From Enoplolaimus lenunculus (lineage: Eukaryota), in contig JASANG010002067.1 in the NCBI GenBank assembly GCA_030248215.1, positions 124,001 through 188,000 on the forward strand: DNA of 64,000 nucleotides. Reading direction: 5' to 3'. Below the pieces are notes generated by a model, which did no database searches, was not told the origin of the DNA, and worked only from the letters and a program-made list of their open reading frames with translations. This document shows, in pieces, positions 27,251-40,400 of the stretch. The number at the start of each line of letters is the position of its first letter. Position 1 is the first letter of the stretch. Made by a program: the position numbers and the translations under genes.

Positions 27251-28609
27251 TTAATGATCATAACGGTTTTCTAGTGAAAATCTTCTTGATCTGTGCCGGC
27301 AGAGAAGTCGTTCGAATAACGTTTTAGTTTCATCATCGATGCCTCCGGCGTTGAAACTTTCTCCTGTTTGTAGGCGACGGCCTCCGGCGATTCGTTTCGA
27401 AACAACGCCAATGACATATTGCATAGGCAAACGATCATTCATCTTGTCCGTTTTTTGTATTAATTTGTATGAAGATATTGGTTGGAATACTGAAGTTCTC
27501 AGTGATTAAATTTGAACAATTGAAATGCACTGATGGTCAGATCGCAATAGTTTTTTAAGTTTTCAACGGTATTTATGGCATTTTGAAAATATAAATAGTA
27601 AGAAGGAAACAAAATTACTAGAAAGCAGGGTGTACCGAGATATCTGTTTCCGTTTCCTGTAAAAATCGATATCGATTCGTTTCCGTTTCGGTTATTTTTA
27701 TTATCCGTTTATAGCCTGCGAGCAAGTGGTACATCCCAATTTAAAAAAATTCCAATTTCTCAAGATCCCGTGCGAAAAAGGCTGTGACCGAAACCGCAAT
27801 TTCCCCGTAGAATCCTAATTTTCAAAAAACCCAGTTTCCCGGGTAATATCCAAATTTCCCAAAATACTAATTTCCCGGGTAATATATCCCAATGTCTCAA
27901 AATCCCAATTTCCCAAAATCCCGAGCGAAAAAGGTTGCAACCGTAATTGCAATTTCCCGGCATCGGCACGTTTCATAAAATCCGAATTGCCTGCCAATTT
28001 CCCAAAACACCAATTTCACAAAATCCCGAGCGAAATAGGTTGCGCTGAAAATCGCAATTTCCCGGGTAATATTCGAATTTCGGAAAGTCCCTATTTCCCG
28101 TTTAAATCCCAATTTCCCAAAATACCAATTTATCAAAATCCCGACCAAAAAAGGTTGAGCCGAAAATCGCAACTTCTTGGCGTCAGTAGAAACTCAATTT
28201 CCCAAAATCCCAACTTCCCGGGTAATATCCCAACTTTTCAAAATCCTAATTTCTCAAAACCCCGAGCGAAAAAGTTTGCGACCAAAATAGCAGATTCCTG
28301 GCAAAATCCCAATTTCTCAAAATCCCAATTTCCAGAGCAAATATCCGCGGATTTTGAGAGCGACCTCTCAGTACATGGGCCATAACACTAGTGCATTTCT
28401 GCATTTTCATGGCAGTTTTCAAAATTTTTAGCGTTTAGCATACAACTTAAGAACGAAACAGAACGTATGTGCTTAATCACTTTGTACTTACCGTTACTTT
28501 CCAATCTGTTGTATGCCGTTGACAGCACAACAAAGTAGGTTGCGATAGTAAGTACCATTAAAAGCGAAATTTTCAAGGGACACGATTGCGTAAAGCTCGT
28601 TAATACCAT
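27251..28609 (-). CDS. Candidate small secreted protein or prepropeptide: complement(join(27251..27489,28492..28609))
   Basis: Exon 1 encodes a signal-like segment (KISLLMVLTIATYFVVLSTA) and ends at a phase-1 GTAAGT donor. A CTTCAG acceptor joins it in frame to the 27251..27442 ORF. KR, GRR and RSRR sites are present. No family recognised. Confidence 0.45.
27735..28335 (+). repeat. Degenerate CCCAATTTCCCAAAATCCC satellite-like array; related tract at about 63085-63270
   Basis: Recurring AATTTCCCGGGTAATAT and AAAATCCCGAGCGAAAA blocks. Confidence 0.8.
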
Positions 28610-28971
28610 TGAGTTAGTTGTCAATATTACCTTTTATACTTGCGGATTCTACATTTAATAATTAAATAATGCACTAAAACGCTTTCCGGTGCCAAGTATA
28701 ATTTAAGTGTTCTTGCTAATCAGTATTTGATTTAGCAGTTTCTGTTGACCATTCTGTTAAGCCACATCAGAAGCGTAAACCGGAGGAAAGAATTTTTACC
28801 CACGCTGCGCTTTACTCGTGGAAATTTTATGTTTTAGCGCGGACATACCCACACAAAATTTCTATACCCGTTACCCTCCTTTACCCGCGCAAAATTCCTC
28901 TACCGTTACCCGCCCGTATTTTTTCGTCTGCGCACAATACAATTGTGTAACTTTGCAGTGTATTGATGTTA

Positions 28972-29652
28972 TGCGGGGTTCACGTTATAACTGGGGCAGC
29001 CTGGAACACGTTTTGTCCCTATGACTATAGCTGGTAACATTTTGTCTGACCGTTTTTTCCGCTATGAGATTAAAAAAATTTGAATTGTATGCTATCCTGA
29101 TGTGACATCTACTGTTTGTACTGCAATATCATATGATATTCCAAATATTGTCTGCGAGTATCATATGATATGTTTGAAAATGTGTGCAAAGTTGTGGTAA
29201 ACTAGCTTGATTGTCCTGTAGAATGTCATATGATACTAAAATTTCAAATTTGAATTATTTGTACTTAGGAATATATTTTGGGAAAAACTTAGCGAGAAAC
29301 AGAATCGTAGAAGCAAATTCGACTTGCGAAATCATTTAATGCTGCATTATTCGACTTTTTACTGTTTTATTTAGCGTGCATAAATTCCATTGTCCTGTAT
29401 AAATATCATATGATATTTAGTAGAATTTTGGAATATCATATGATATTCGCATAAATGTCCCGCAGTATCATATGACAAATGGTTATTTGTATACGATGAT
29501 CGCTTGACATTAGTGATTTGTAAGCTAATGTCATATGACATTCACATTTTGTCTACATATCCGCTATTCGGATCACAAAATTTTATGTTGACGTCGAATC
29601 AACTTGGACAAAACGTGTTCCAAGCTGCCCCAGTTATAACGTGAACGCCGCA
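28972..29652. mobile_element. PIF/Harbinger-like MITE
   Basis: About 47-bp TIRs (TGCGGGGTTCACGTTATAACTGGGGCAGC... / ...GCTGCCCCAGTTATAACGTGAACGCCGCA) with TTA duplicated on both sides. Internal repeated palindrome TATCATATGATA. Confidence 0.85.
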
Positions 29653-31731
29653 TTACTCGCTACTTTTTTTCACTCATACATATTGCAGTTTAAAAACTCA
29701 TGTTTTACTATATTATCTGCTTTCACGTTTGTTATGAAAATTTTAGGTGGGTAACGATTGTTTAACAAATTTTTACCCGTTCTGTCAAAAACCTGCTCGT
29801 GTAATAATTGCAACTGCGAGTTGTCGCTGCAAACATTGCATATGTGAATGGAACTTTCGCTTTATTCAGTTTTCAGAGATTGACACTTGTAGTGTGATAA
29901 ACTATATATTGCAAAAACCTTCGCCGCGTTGAAGAAATGGTATTCTATTGGAATGCTTTCTAATGGCAAAGATGCACCAGCCGACTCGAAATTACGGAAG
30001 GCAACCTACGGACGGGTCAATTCATACGGCCCAACAAATATAGTAAAAGAAAGCTCGTGAGCGACGCACAAAAGAAGCCAAACGCAATTTTAGTATTAAA
30101 TAAATACGTTACAAGAGATAAAACGCGCCCTGAAAAATCACGGTCCCTGAAAAACGCCGATTCGAAGCTCTCGCTGCGAACCTGTTGCAACGCATCAATA
30201 GAATTAACCAATCCGCATGAAATATACATTTCTGGTCAAATAGCGAATTTTCAAGCGCATTGCAAACTAAAACAGTGTAGTTCAGAAAAACGGTCACTAG
30301 CCGAACTGATCTGATTGCGGGTGCCAGCATTCCGCTATTACCATATTAGTACTTGTCTAGTTTCCTAAACACTTGTTTAAGAGTAGGCGAAAGCTTGATC
30401 CTACGGTATTTTTATTACATTAATGCTTATGCATTGGCAGAAACTTATAAGTTTGTGCTTAGTTGTAGTCGTGGCTTATATTTGAGGCTTACTCTAAGGC
30501 TTGTTCTCAAGATTAGGTTTATGTTTAGGCTCAGGTTCGTTAAGTGTGGAGTAACATTATGGGACGAAGTAAACAATTACCGCCATATTGCAACATGCAA
30601 CGCGCAGAGCGCACATCGCAAAACAACATTCTTATGGCACTTCCGAACCTAATAATTATTTATATAAATAAAACTATGCATATAATTGTAAAACTCAAAC
30701 CACGTCTATGTTTGATAGCAGCGTTACATTATTAATTAAATAAGTAATGATAGCTCTTTAATTGACAGTTGTCAAGCATTAAATAACACGAATTAGATAG
30801 TATTGGTGTTTTGGTTAATGTCACTTTAAGAGGACTAACATTAGATTAAGCGTATTCCTAAGCCTAAGCCTAAGCCTGAGCCTAACCAAAAAATGTAATC
30901 TAGAATCTAAACCTACTATTTTACAGACCCACCGGAAACCTGGACGCGACTTAAAGTAACATGGGCGGTGTTTTTATGTTTGGTCCAAATCAAGCAAATT
31001 TGAAACATAAAACAAATGTCAGAGACTCGGACTGATTCGCAAACGTGTAAATATTCGCCATGGAGTTTTCGGTTATTTTCTGTGGTGCAAAATATTTTTG
31101 TGAAATGCTACCATGACCGGTCTAAAACGATGCAAAGCTAAAAAAATTGACCAATCAAAGCAGAATAGATTTCAGAAAGAATTTAAGTATGTATTTATAT
31201 TAAGCATGAGCCTAAGCATAATTTAAAGCCTAACTCTGAGCCTATGTCAAATAGTTGGCAACACATTGTCGTATTGTTGATTATGTTTTGCAAAATATTT
31301 AAGCAACAATTTGTACGTGAAGTAATAAGCTACTTGCAAATATGTAGTATCTTTGATCACCTTTTTTCTCAATCACTCGAACCTTCGCACCAATATTTCA
31401 GCTCACAGCTGCACAGTTTAGGAATCCTATCAAACATAAAACACTATTTTAAACGTTTCGGCACATGTAAAATGAGGGGGGCGTCTTGTCGCGGGACTGC
31501 AATACAGTAAGTTTTATGCTATAGACTAATTCTTGCTTAAAATAGGTTTAGGTCTAGATATATCGGCTTATCCTTACGCTTAGGGTTAAGATAAGGCTTA
31601 GGAATATGCGGTCTCGAAGAGCGTTTTGTATTTTTGATAAAGTGCGTGTTGATATGTCATAATTTATTCCAGCTGTGTAACCGATAATTTATAGGCTCAT
31701 AGCCTGCATGCAAGATTAAATGGTACGTTTT

Positions 31732-32074
31732 ACCAAGAGTGGCTGATCACTCTCAAAAAAAGTGTGCAACTACCGAAATTTGTGTGGTACAAAATGTACC
31801 GCCGGGCGTTGTATTTTTGACCGACCCCCCTCGTTCTTTAGAGGGGGGTCGTTGATGTTTGAAACGTAGAATGCGCATGGTTCTAAAGTTATAAACGGAG
31901 TATAGTTTACAACTGCAATATTTCAACGTGTAAAATTGAAAAAATTGTCAAACTTGACCCTCCTTAAATAAGGGGGGAACGACAAAAACGCAACGTGTGC
32001 CAGGTACATTTTTTGCATACACAATGTACCCAGTTGCATACTCTTGTTATAAAGGGTGATCATCCACTCTTGGT
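31732..32074. mobile_element. Foldback-type MITE with long degenerate inverted arms
   Basis: ACCAAGAGTGGCTGATCAC ... GTGATCATCCACTCTTGGT, with inverted similarity continuing inward for over 100 bp. Each arm carries a CCCCC/GGGGG hairpin. Confidence 0.75.
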
Positions 32075-34415
32075 TTCACTAAACTTTAAAATATTAAATT
32101 AAGTTCACCCACCCCGTTTGTTCCGACAGCGTTTCAGTGGAAAAAACAAAACATTTTGTTATGCTCAATTTTAATCAATTGACAGCTAGACTATACATTC
32201 CCTTGATACCTTGCTACATAACTACGAATTTGACTTCAGTCTACAATCAGTAAGATCAAACTTTCTAAGACCTACACTGTTGTATATACATGTGCTAATT
32301 TTGCCGACATTTTGTTGGAGACAAAATAGTGTCGTGGACAGAATGCAACCACATACCCATTTCCCCATTTCCTCTAAAAATCGGTTTCTGTTTCCGTGTT
32401 TGTTCTAGAAATTCAGAAGATTCCTATGTATTTAATATGCTCATAATGAATTCTAAATAACGTATCAAAATCATATTATTTTTCATTGCAGATACGATGT
32501 TATTGTTTGATCTGTTGAAATAAAAATGGCAAAATCCACACAAAATCTTTAAACATTTGAGTACATCCGCTGTTTGTTCCTTAAAATTTTAGAAATAATT
32601 GCGTGTCCCAATTGTAATACCCAACTTATTATATTTGAATATTCGTTTTAATTCGCGTTTTTATTGATCACTTTCTGTTTCCATTTCCGTCTATACTTCT
32701 GCTAAAAACAAAACCATATATTCAATACAAAAAGTAGCGATTGAAGTAATTACCTCAATTGCATGTTTTCTAGTTGTTCAACACTTTGCTCTGAAGTCAA
32801 ATGATGCATAATTTACAGTAACTAAATGCATGGTGGGAGTTGGTCTTCTGGTCTGGCCAATTGCTCGCAAAATACTTCTATACCGATCCGCTGTAGAAAT
32901 CTTATTACGCACGTTGCTATGTTCTGTTACATAAACTCATAGCATATTTCAGATTGTAGTTTAAAAGTATTCTCGTTTATCAGCACTAAGTAATTTACTG
33001 TTGCCCTTTTGTTGAAAACTAATTCTGTAATGCAGTCGACATTCAATTTCAAGCCAATGGCGTGGATACAAGGGGCGAAATAGACGGGATATATAACCTT
33101 GCAAAATTTCTGAAGAGAATATCGTTAGCGTATATATAGAAGTTGAGCCTAGAAACCATATATCCAATCCAAATTTCTGAACACTGGTAACGGCACGTTT
33201 ATCAGACTTTAACGTTGTGGATCCAAGATGTCAAAAAACGTGCACATTAAGGTATACATATACAACCCCCTTTCAAACTGAAATCCGATCTATACCTCGT
33301 GTTGCAAACCACGGTGTTTTCAAACAGATATCCTAAGCTAAATTTTATTTTAAACTAAAACGACCTTCATTGTCAGTTGGTGAGAACGCTATGGATGACT
33401 GTTAAACGATTAAATATAGCTCGTGTAAAACAATTAAATTATAGATTGTTCTAAAATCTAAAATACAACAACGTCAAATCAATAACAGCTGCTTTGCACA
33501 GATTTTATCTAAACCCATATACTTCTTATAAAAGTAGACAAATGATTGACACCTTTTGAATCTCATACATATGCGCGGTATATATATAAGTCGTGCCCTA
33601 AACACCTATTTGTTGCAAAAGTCTAAAACGTCAATTGTTACTTTAAGGTAGCCAGAACAACCATACTGGGTAGCAAACAGGCTTTGATTGGAATATACAA
33701 ACAGGTATTCAGGTGTCATAAAATTAAGTAGGCCTTCCGGACAAAGTTTCCTCTGCTCACGAAAAAATGACCCGGAGCAATTTTTTTCGGACACGAACCC
33801 ATTTTTCCGGGGCCCACTTTATTTCGCGGCACAGAGCACGACATATTTGCGAACAAGAGTTGTATACAAAGCACTGGAAGCGAGGGTGTATGTAAGTTCG
33901 GCTTAAATGGCCTTAAACGTATAGTGTATTGTTTTTGAAATTAACTGTCTTGCAAAAATTCTAGAACGATTCTCTACTTTTTAGCAATTTTGAGCTAAAA
34001 AGCGTGGAAACTGCAGAATATTTATTTAGTCATTCAATATACTGCAACGCAAACGCATGCATCTTTTTGATGTTTTTGAAAAGAAACGCTTAGCTATGAC
34101 ACAGTCAATTGCCATGGCAAAAAAAATTTAATAAAGAAACGAGATTGAACCTGCAAGAAATTTTCGACATTCGCTGAATTCGATAATACGTGCTAATTCA
34201 CATCATTTTTATAGCAATTATCAATGCAATTTCTCTGATAAACTACGAATTAGAGACAGTTATAAATAATTCCTTGCAGTCAATCTAATTCTAATCTACG
34301 AATGAAACAAGTATCTAAAGTTTATACAAATGCGAAGATGAAATCACAACAAAATTCAGGCATTGATAAAAAGTTATTTATTATAGTAGAAATGTAAGGA
34401 AAACGCCTTGGAGTT

Positions 34416-37400
34416 CTACGAACGTTTCGGAGCGTCCGGATGCGGAGTACACATACATATCGGCAGGCGACATTCGGTTTTCCAGTCAGAAACTCGAACC
34501 GATTTGAGTGCGCTCAAAAACGCTGTCAATGGGCACCATCCGTCGTCATTGATATCTTTTTGACAAAACTTCATTGTGATCACTTCATTCACGCGTTCAA
34601 CTGGATTTTCCGCTGTCGGTTCTGAATAGATCAGGCGGACTGCTTTCATTGGAGTGTCACGATATTCCAGTATACCTGAACCGTGGAAATACACGCCGTG
34701 CGGTCGTTTATTTCCAAGTAGCCAAAGCAGTGACGACATGATTTCGTTGTGCTGAAAAATTCTGGTGTAACGTCGGGATCATAGTCACTGGATGTGTCTG
34801 GTATTTTGTAAGGTTCCGGTGGGTCAAAATCTTACAGGCAATTCTAGTTAACTAAAAATACTGCTATTTCTTGTTTGAATATTTCTGAATTTTAAACAAA
34901 AAGCAATACATATTTGTGTAGCATTCTATCTTTCACCGCTGTCTTCAAATGGTCGCAAAGCGTTCAGGTTGAAATATTCTGTTGTTCGTATTAACATCGG
35001 TGGTTAGGCCCCTTTTCAGCCGGCCTACCCAAGAACGTCCAAAAAATATTTTGTCACGTCATTTCACACAACTTACTGTCGCATACAAGATCATTTTTGG
35101 GTTGGCATTGCTATCGTTAGCAGCCTTCTCAATTGCCTTAAGAATGTGATCCAGCCAATACGCTAAAAGCAAAACAAAATGTTGAATTTTTATTATACAA
35201 TTTTTAGTTGAATAATAATACATTATTACACTGTAAATTACAGTGAGCTGATTTTAACTCAGAATGAATTGAATCCGCTCAGAAGTCTGAGCTACGAGTT
35301 GGGTCTTTCAGAATTCAGAATTCTGAGCTATTATTTACGGTTGTTAACTCAGAAATAACCAGAAATAACTAACTGCCTCAGCGAGTTGGTTAATCAACTC
35401 ATTGGAATTTACAGCGTAACTCAGCAAAAATATGAAAACAACAAACATTGCGGTAAACTTCAAGTGTTGGTTAAAACGGAAGCCACTATTCTATTTTAAA
35501 TTCGTTGCAAAAAAATTATACGATATAGATATGTTGGTTTTACACAGTAAATTCCAGTGAATTGGTTTTAACTCAGAATGAGTTGAAACCACACAGAAGT
35601 CTGAGCTCTTAATAAGGTCTTTCAGAACTCAGAATTCTGAACTGATTAAATTCATTCTGAGTTAATTAATCAACTAACCCGGAATTAAATCAGCGCAGAG
35701 TGAGTGAATATTTACTCTTATTTACTCAAACATTACTAGAAATAACTCATTGGAATTTACAATGTAGGTGCAATTTGCCAAAACTTAGTTATTTTTAATT
35801 ATTTTCTGATCAAATACGTAGGTTTTTCATGCCCACAGAATGAGATGATGCCGATAGCTGTGGTTCCTCATACTGTTTAAATTACACTTAAATTCAAGGA
35901 CCACATTCTCAAATGGCTATAACACCTATTACCAGTTTCAGCAATTGGTTTTCAAAGAAGCAGACTACCGCACACTGTAAATTTCGATGAGTTTATTAAT
36001 CAACTCAGAGAGCGAATTAGTCATTTCAGATTATTTGTGAGTTAGTAGCAGGAAACATCGACTCGCTCTGCGTAAAATAAATCCAGGTTGATAACGGTTT
36101 GTTCAATAGGTTTTAAAAGTTAAATACCTTTATGCCAACAAATGATATCTGCTGCGCACAGTTGAGAATGCTGGATCAGTTGTCAAATTACAAAATCAAT
36201 GTCAACTGCGCTTTACCTGCCATCAGTCGGCGACATGGTTCATGTTTTGAGCACAGTACTTGATTCGCTTCACTCAACTGTTTGACTTGTTCGTAGAATT
36301 TGTCTCCAAACGGATTATCTTCTACCCAGTCGGGCATTTTGAGGCCACGAATTTCCTGAAATGCCAAATATTTTTCCGGTTGTAAAATATGCGGTTGCCT
36401 GATAACGCAGAATTTTTTGCGTGTTCAAACAAACTGAAGCCCAAATTCCTGAATATTGTACAATGCAGGTCCACAGCTATGGGATGAATGCAAATAAACA
36501 GGATGCTGTCCTGTCTACGAACAGTTTCCGCTCTGGCGGAAAACTTTTTAAGCCATACCAAATGATTTCGAAGTTACCATAATTATTCTTGTCTCTCTTT
36601 GCATTCCTGCTAATGGGTTGGCACAATGTCAAGGCGTATTAAAATTTTGTATTTGTTATCCTATTGTTAAACAAATTTTATGTGCATATGAGTTGCTTTA
36701 AAATTAATATCCTGCAAAATCGTGTTGCGCATGCATAGTTTCACAGAGACGCCATGATTCTGTACTGCAAAAAATAGTGAGTCAAATTCACGCTCTCCAA
36801 AATAGGCCATACCGGACTACACAAACTGAGACAAATTCGACTCCGCGAGAGTCACACGTGCAACTCTTTGGGTCGAATTTGACTCTGGCGGAGTCGAATT
36901 TGACTCACGTGTGTAGTAACGTAGAGACTACTTTGGGTGGAGAGAGTCAACGTGACTCACTATTTTTGTAGTGTGTGTCACGTACGGAGGCACAAGACAA
37001 AAATGAGGGGTTCGTTTTTCTGTACAGCGGAATTCAAATTATTTTGACCGGAATTCAAGTTATTTTGATACACTTCAATCGACGTGAGGTTGCACGAGGA
37101 GCCAAACTGGTTTTAGTGTTTTATCAATTAGAGTATTATTTTAGGATCTTGTATGATATGAACAATCAAAATAACGGAAAGAGGAACGGGCATTGAAATA
37201 TAAAAAGCTACAAAGCTTTTTGTTCATCCGCCAATACAACTGATGTGTGCAGATATTCACAAGGACAGTCTAAAATTTTAAATAAAGAAGTAGCGCAATA
37301 CATATGTCCAATTTGTTAAGATTTTTTACAAGTTTCGTCAATTTTAGTTCAAATCCTACAATTGCAGCATATCTGTGATAAATAAATTTGATCCGTGATT

Positions 37401-40400
37401 TGCAACTATTATTTCGAGCGCAAAAATACGAAACTCCGGTATTTCGGATATCACAAACGGATATATGGTAACATAATGCAACTAACCATTCCTTCTAAAT
37501 TGTCAACGACATCCGCAGCTTCACTGAGATTTGGTTCAAAGCCAGATTTTTCCGATATGTATTTAATAATTTCCTTAAAATCAACACAGTCGTTATGTTT
37601 TAGTTTTCTTACTCTCTGCAAGATAAAAATATTATAATGGCACCTTTGTCTAATTTCGACACTGGAATCAAAGCGCATTATTTAATTAAACGATTTCTGT
37701 TCTTCAAAAATCAATTCAAAACTAAAAAAGTTAACAACGGTTTTGTGAAAATACCATATCAAACTTGCGTTCAAAATCTTGCTCAAATAAAAAGATAGCA
37801 GGGGCGTAGCAAGAGGAAGGGCGGCACCAAGGGGCCCATGACCCCCTAATGGGTTTGCCAAAAATTTCATTTTTGAATTAATCTAAACTGTGATTTTTTT
37901 GGCTTCACAGTTATTTTCAAACTATAAATTAAACAAGGTTCATAGTGTTTATATATACTATGAAAACAATGCTGTGTGGGCGTTTACCGTAATGTTTAAT
38001 CAAATACAACGTTATGTAGGCAATACTGTTAAACTCAAACAAAATAATGCGTAGTAAAAAAACCACAGCCGTAATATAGAACGAGTCACTCAGAGCCATA
38101 ATATAAAGGTCTATGGGGCCTTAGGCTCTTAAACGACATTTTCATTTATAGAGGCGTAGTTAGGCTTTCTGGCATTTTGATTAGCCAATCAAATTGAGCT
38201 TCTGTAATTCTGCATCCCATATAAACCTTGGTTAACTTACAGTTTGCAAATCTAGTGAAGCCAAATAATTATTGTGCAAGTCAGTTTTCTCGAATATAGT
38301 CAAACTTGAACATTACTATCTTTAGTTCAACTGAGGTTGTAGACTAATTGACCATTGTTAGCACAAAGCAAATCTAAAAGGTGGCACTTACTTTACATAA
38401 GTCGCCGACTTAAGGATCTGCTTAAGCCAACCATCGTTACCAAATTAACCTAACGCTAAAATTTTTTGCAGTGCTGAATGAAAAGCAAACCTGGCGGATT
38501 TTAAGGGTGGTTTCATACTTTTCACATACCAACTTTCCAATAAATCTGTTTAACTTTCTGTGCCGCCATCCACTGCAGTACAGTGCACCTTTCACAGATA
38601 AGTATTGAACCATACTTACTTTGTGATCTTTATATAGCTTCTTCGCTTCTGGTGTGTTCCTATCAGAAACATCTTTCCAAGCTTGGTCGCTAACAGGACA
38701 TTCTTCGTTGTACATTCGAAGCAACTGAAATAAAATAGCAAGAACGCAAAGCATAGCTGACGTTAATAAAAAGCACTGCTACAAACAAAGTCACCTACCT
38801 ATATTTCAAACAACTATTCACGCGTATCGTAGTTCGCTCGCAGCTTGCTATTCTACGTACTTGCAATTTGGCCTGAGCTAAATTGCAATGAAAATGACAG
38901 TCCAATTAGAATAAACTGACATACCTAACATTTAAAATATATGTCACAAGACAATGAAATGCTGTTTATGATAGAGGATCGCCAGTGTTACACATTCGAT
39001 GATGTTTTCTTGTTAATAACAGGTTTTCAGTTTATTTTTGCAAATTTATTAATTGTAATTACCGGATTATCAATGGTGTACGAGACCGGAGACCAGTCCA
39101 ATTCATCTGACCAATCAGCGTAATCTTGTGGCGGAAATAAACCAGCTAAAACCATTTGTAGTGTTCCCTGGCAACGGTCGGCGCTCGAGGAATATGCTTT
39201 TACCTGTAAATGGATCTGAGTACTACAGATATGCGAACACACTTAAGAGATGCTAGAAAGCTTTAACCGACCCTAGAAGCCCTTTGACTAACTGGAAAAA
39301 CTATTGGCTTTGCTGGTAATTATATTTTCCAAAAGCCTGCTTAGAAATTTTTTTTGACATAGTCACATATATTAAAATGAATTGACGCCTGCCTAGAAAT
39401 ACAATAACAAAGATAAAACGTGATGTTCAAAAATAAAGAATAAAGTTTACGGGCACTTTGTAACCTTACTTTGAAGCGAATGATTTTGTTTTGGACTCAA
39501 ACAAACCAATCGAAATGTTTCCTGTGAGAGATTTTCGTACTGACAAACAATATTGTTTACCTGACTCGCGATCCAATTTTTGTCAATTAGAAAACCGTAG
39601 CGTTTACGCAACATTTGTCCATACGCGTATGCTTGCTGTTTTCCAATCTGAAAATTAACATTCAAACTGCATGGGTATCGCCAAAACATTAGATTGGCGT
39701 GTTCAAGCGGAATCTAATGAGCACATTTTAAACAAGATGAGCTGTGACGGCAACTTTCGAAATTTACTACTCAGTGTTCCTTCCTGTATAAAAGAGTACT
39801 TATGTAATCCAGCGAAGGCGTAGCTGCACCGTCAAGCTTATACTATAACGATAACCATTGAAATGCTTTGATCACAATTATTTCAAATGAAATATTTCAA
39901 GTGAACGTTTTTCAATTTTAAACAAGAAAAAGTTCTGAAAATAGTGCTTTATAATACGCACTTATCTATAAAAGAACTCGGGAACAAATTCCAACATGGG
40001 TTTAAATTTGGCTGTACCTTGGTTAGCATGGATGTTCCTTCTAGTCCCCAAAGACCTTTGTTTGGATCGTCGGCAAAAAATTGAGCAGGGTTTCTGTTCG
40101 CATGTCGAAATCCCTAAAATAGCATTTTTTGTCTACGCTAATTACGATATATATAGTAGCTCTTGACCAATTTCGTTCAGTTGTAAAAATGTGGGCAACC
40201 AGTGCGACCCAAACGCTAAACTGTATTTCAGGAAGTTCGAGCATCCGAACATCTTTTGAATAATTCGGACGTTATCAATATTTTAAATAGGGGTGCAACA
40301 TGAACCTGTTTCATGTTTTTGATTTCGTTGGAAATATCGAACACAAGACGGCTTAATTTAATTGATTGCTGTTTTTTTCACAATCACCAATGAAATTCAG

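Noticed and set aside
27760..28385. ORFs rich in QNPNFP / WEIGIL repeats
   Set aside because: Translations of a degenerate satellite array.
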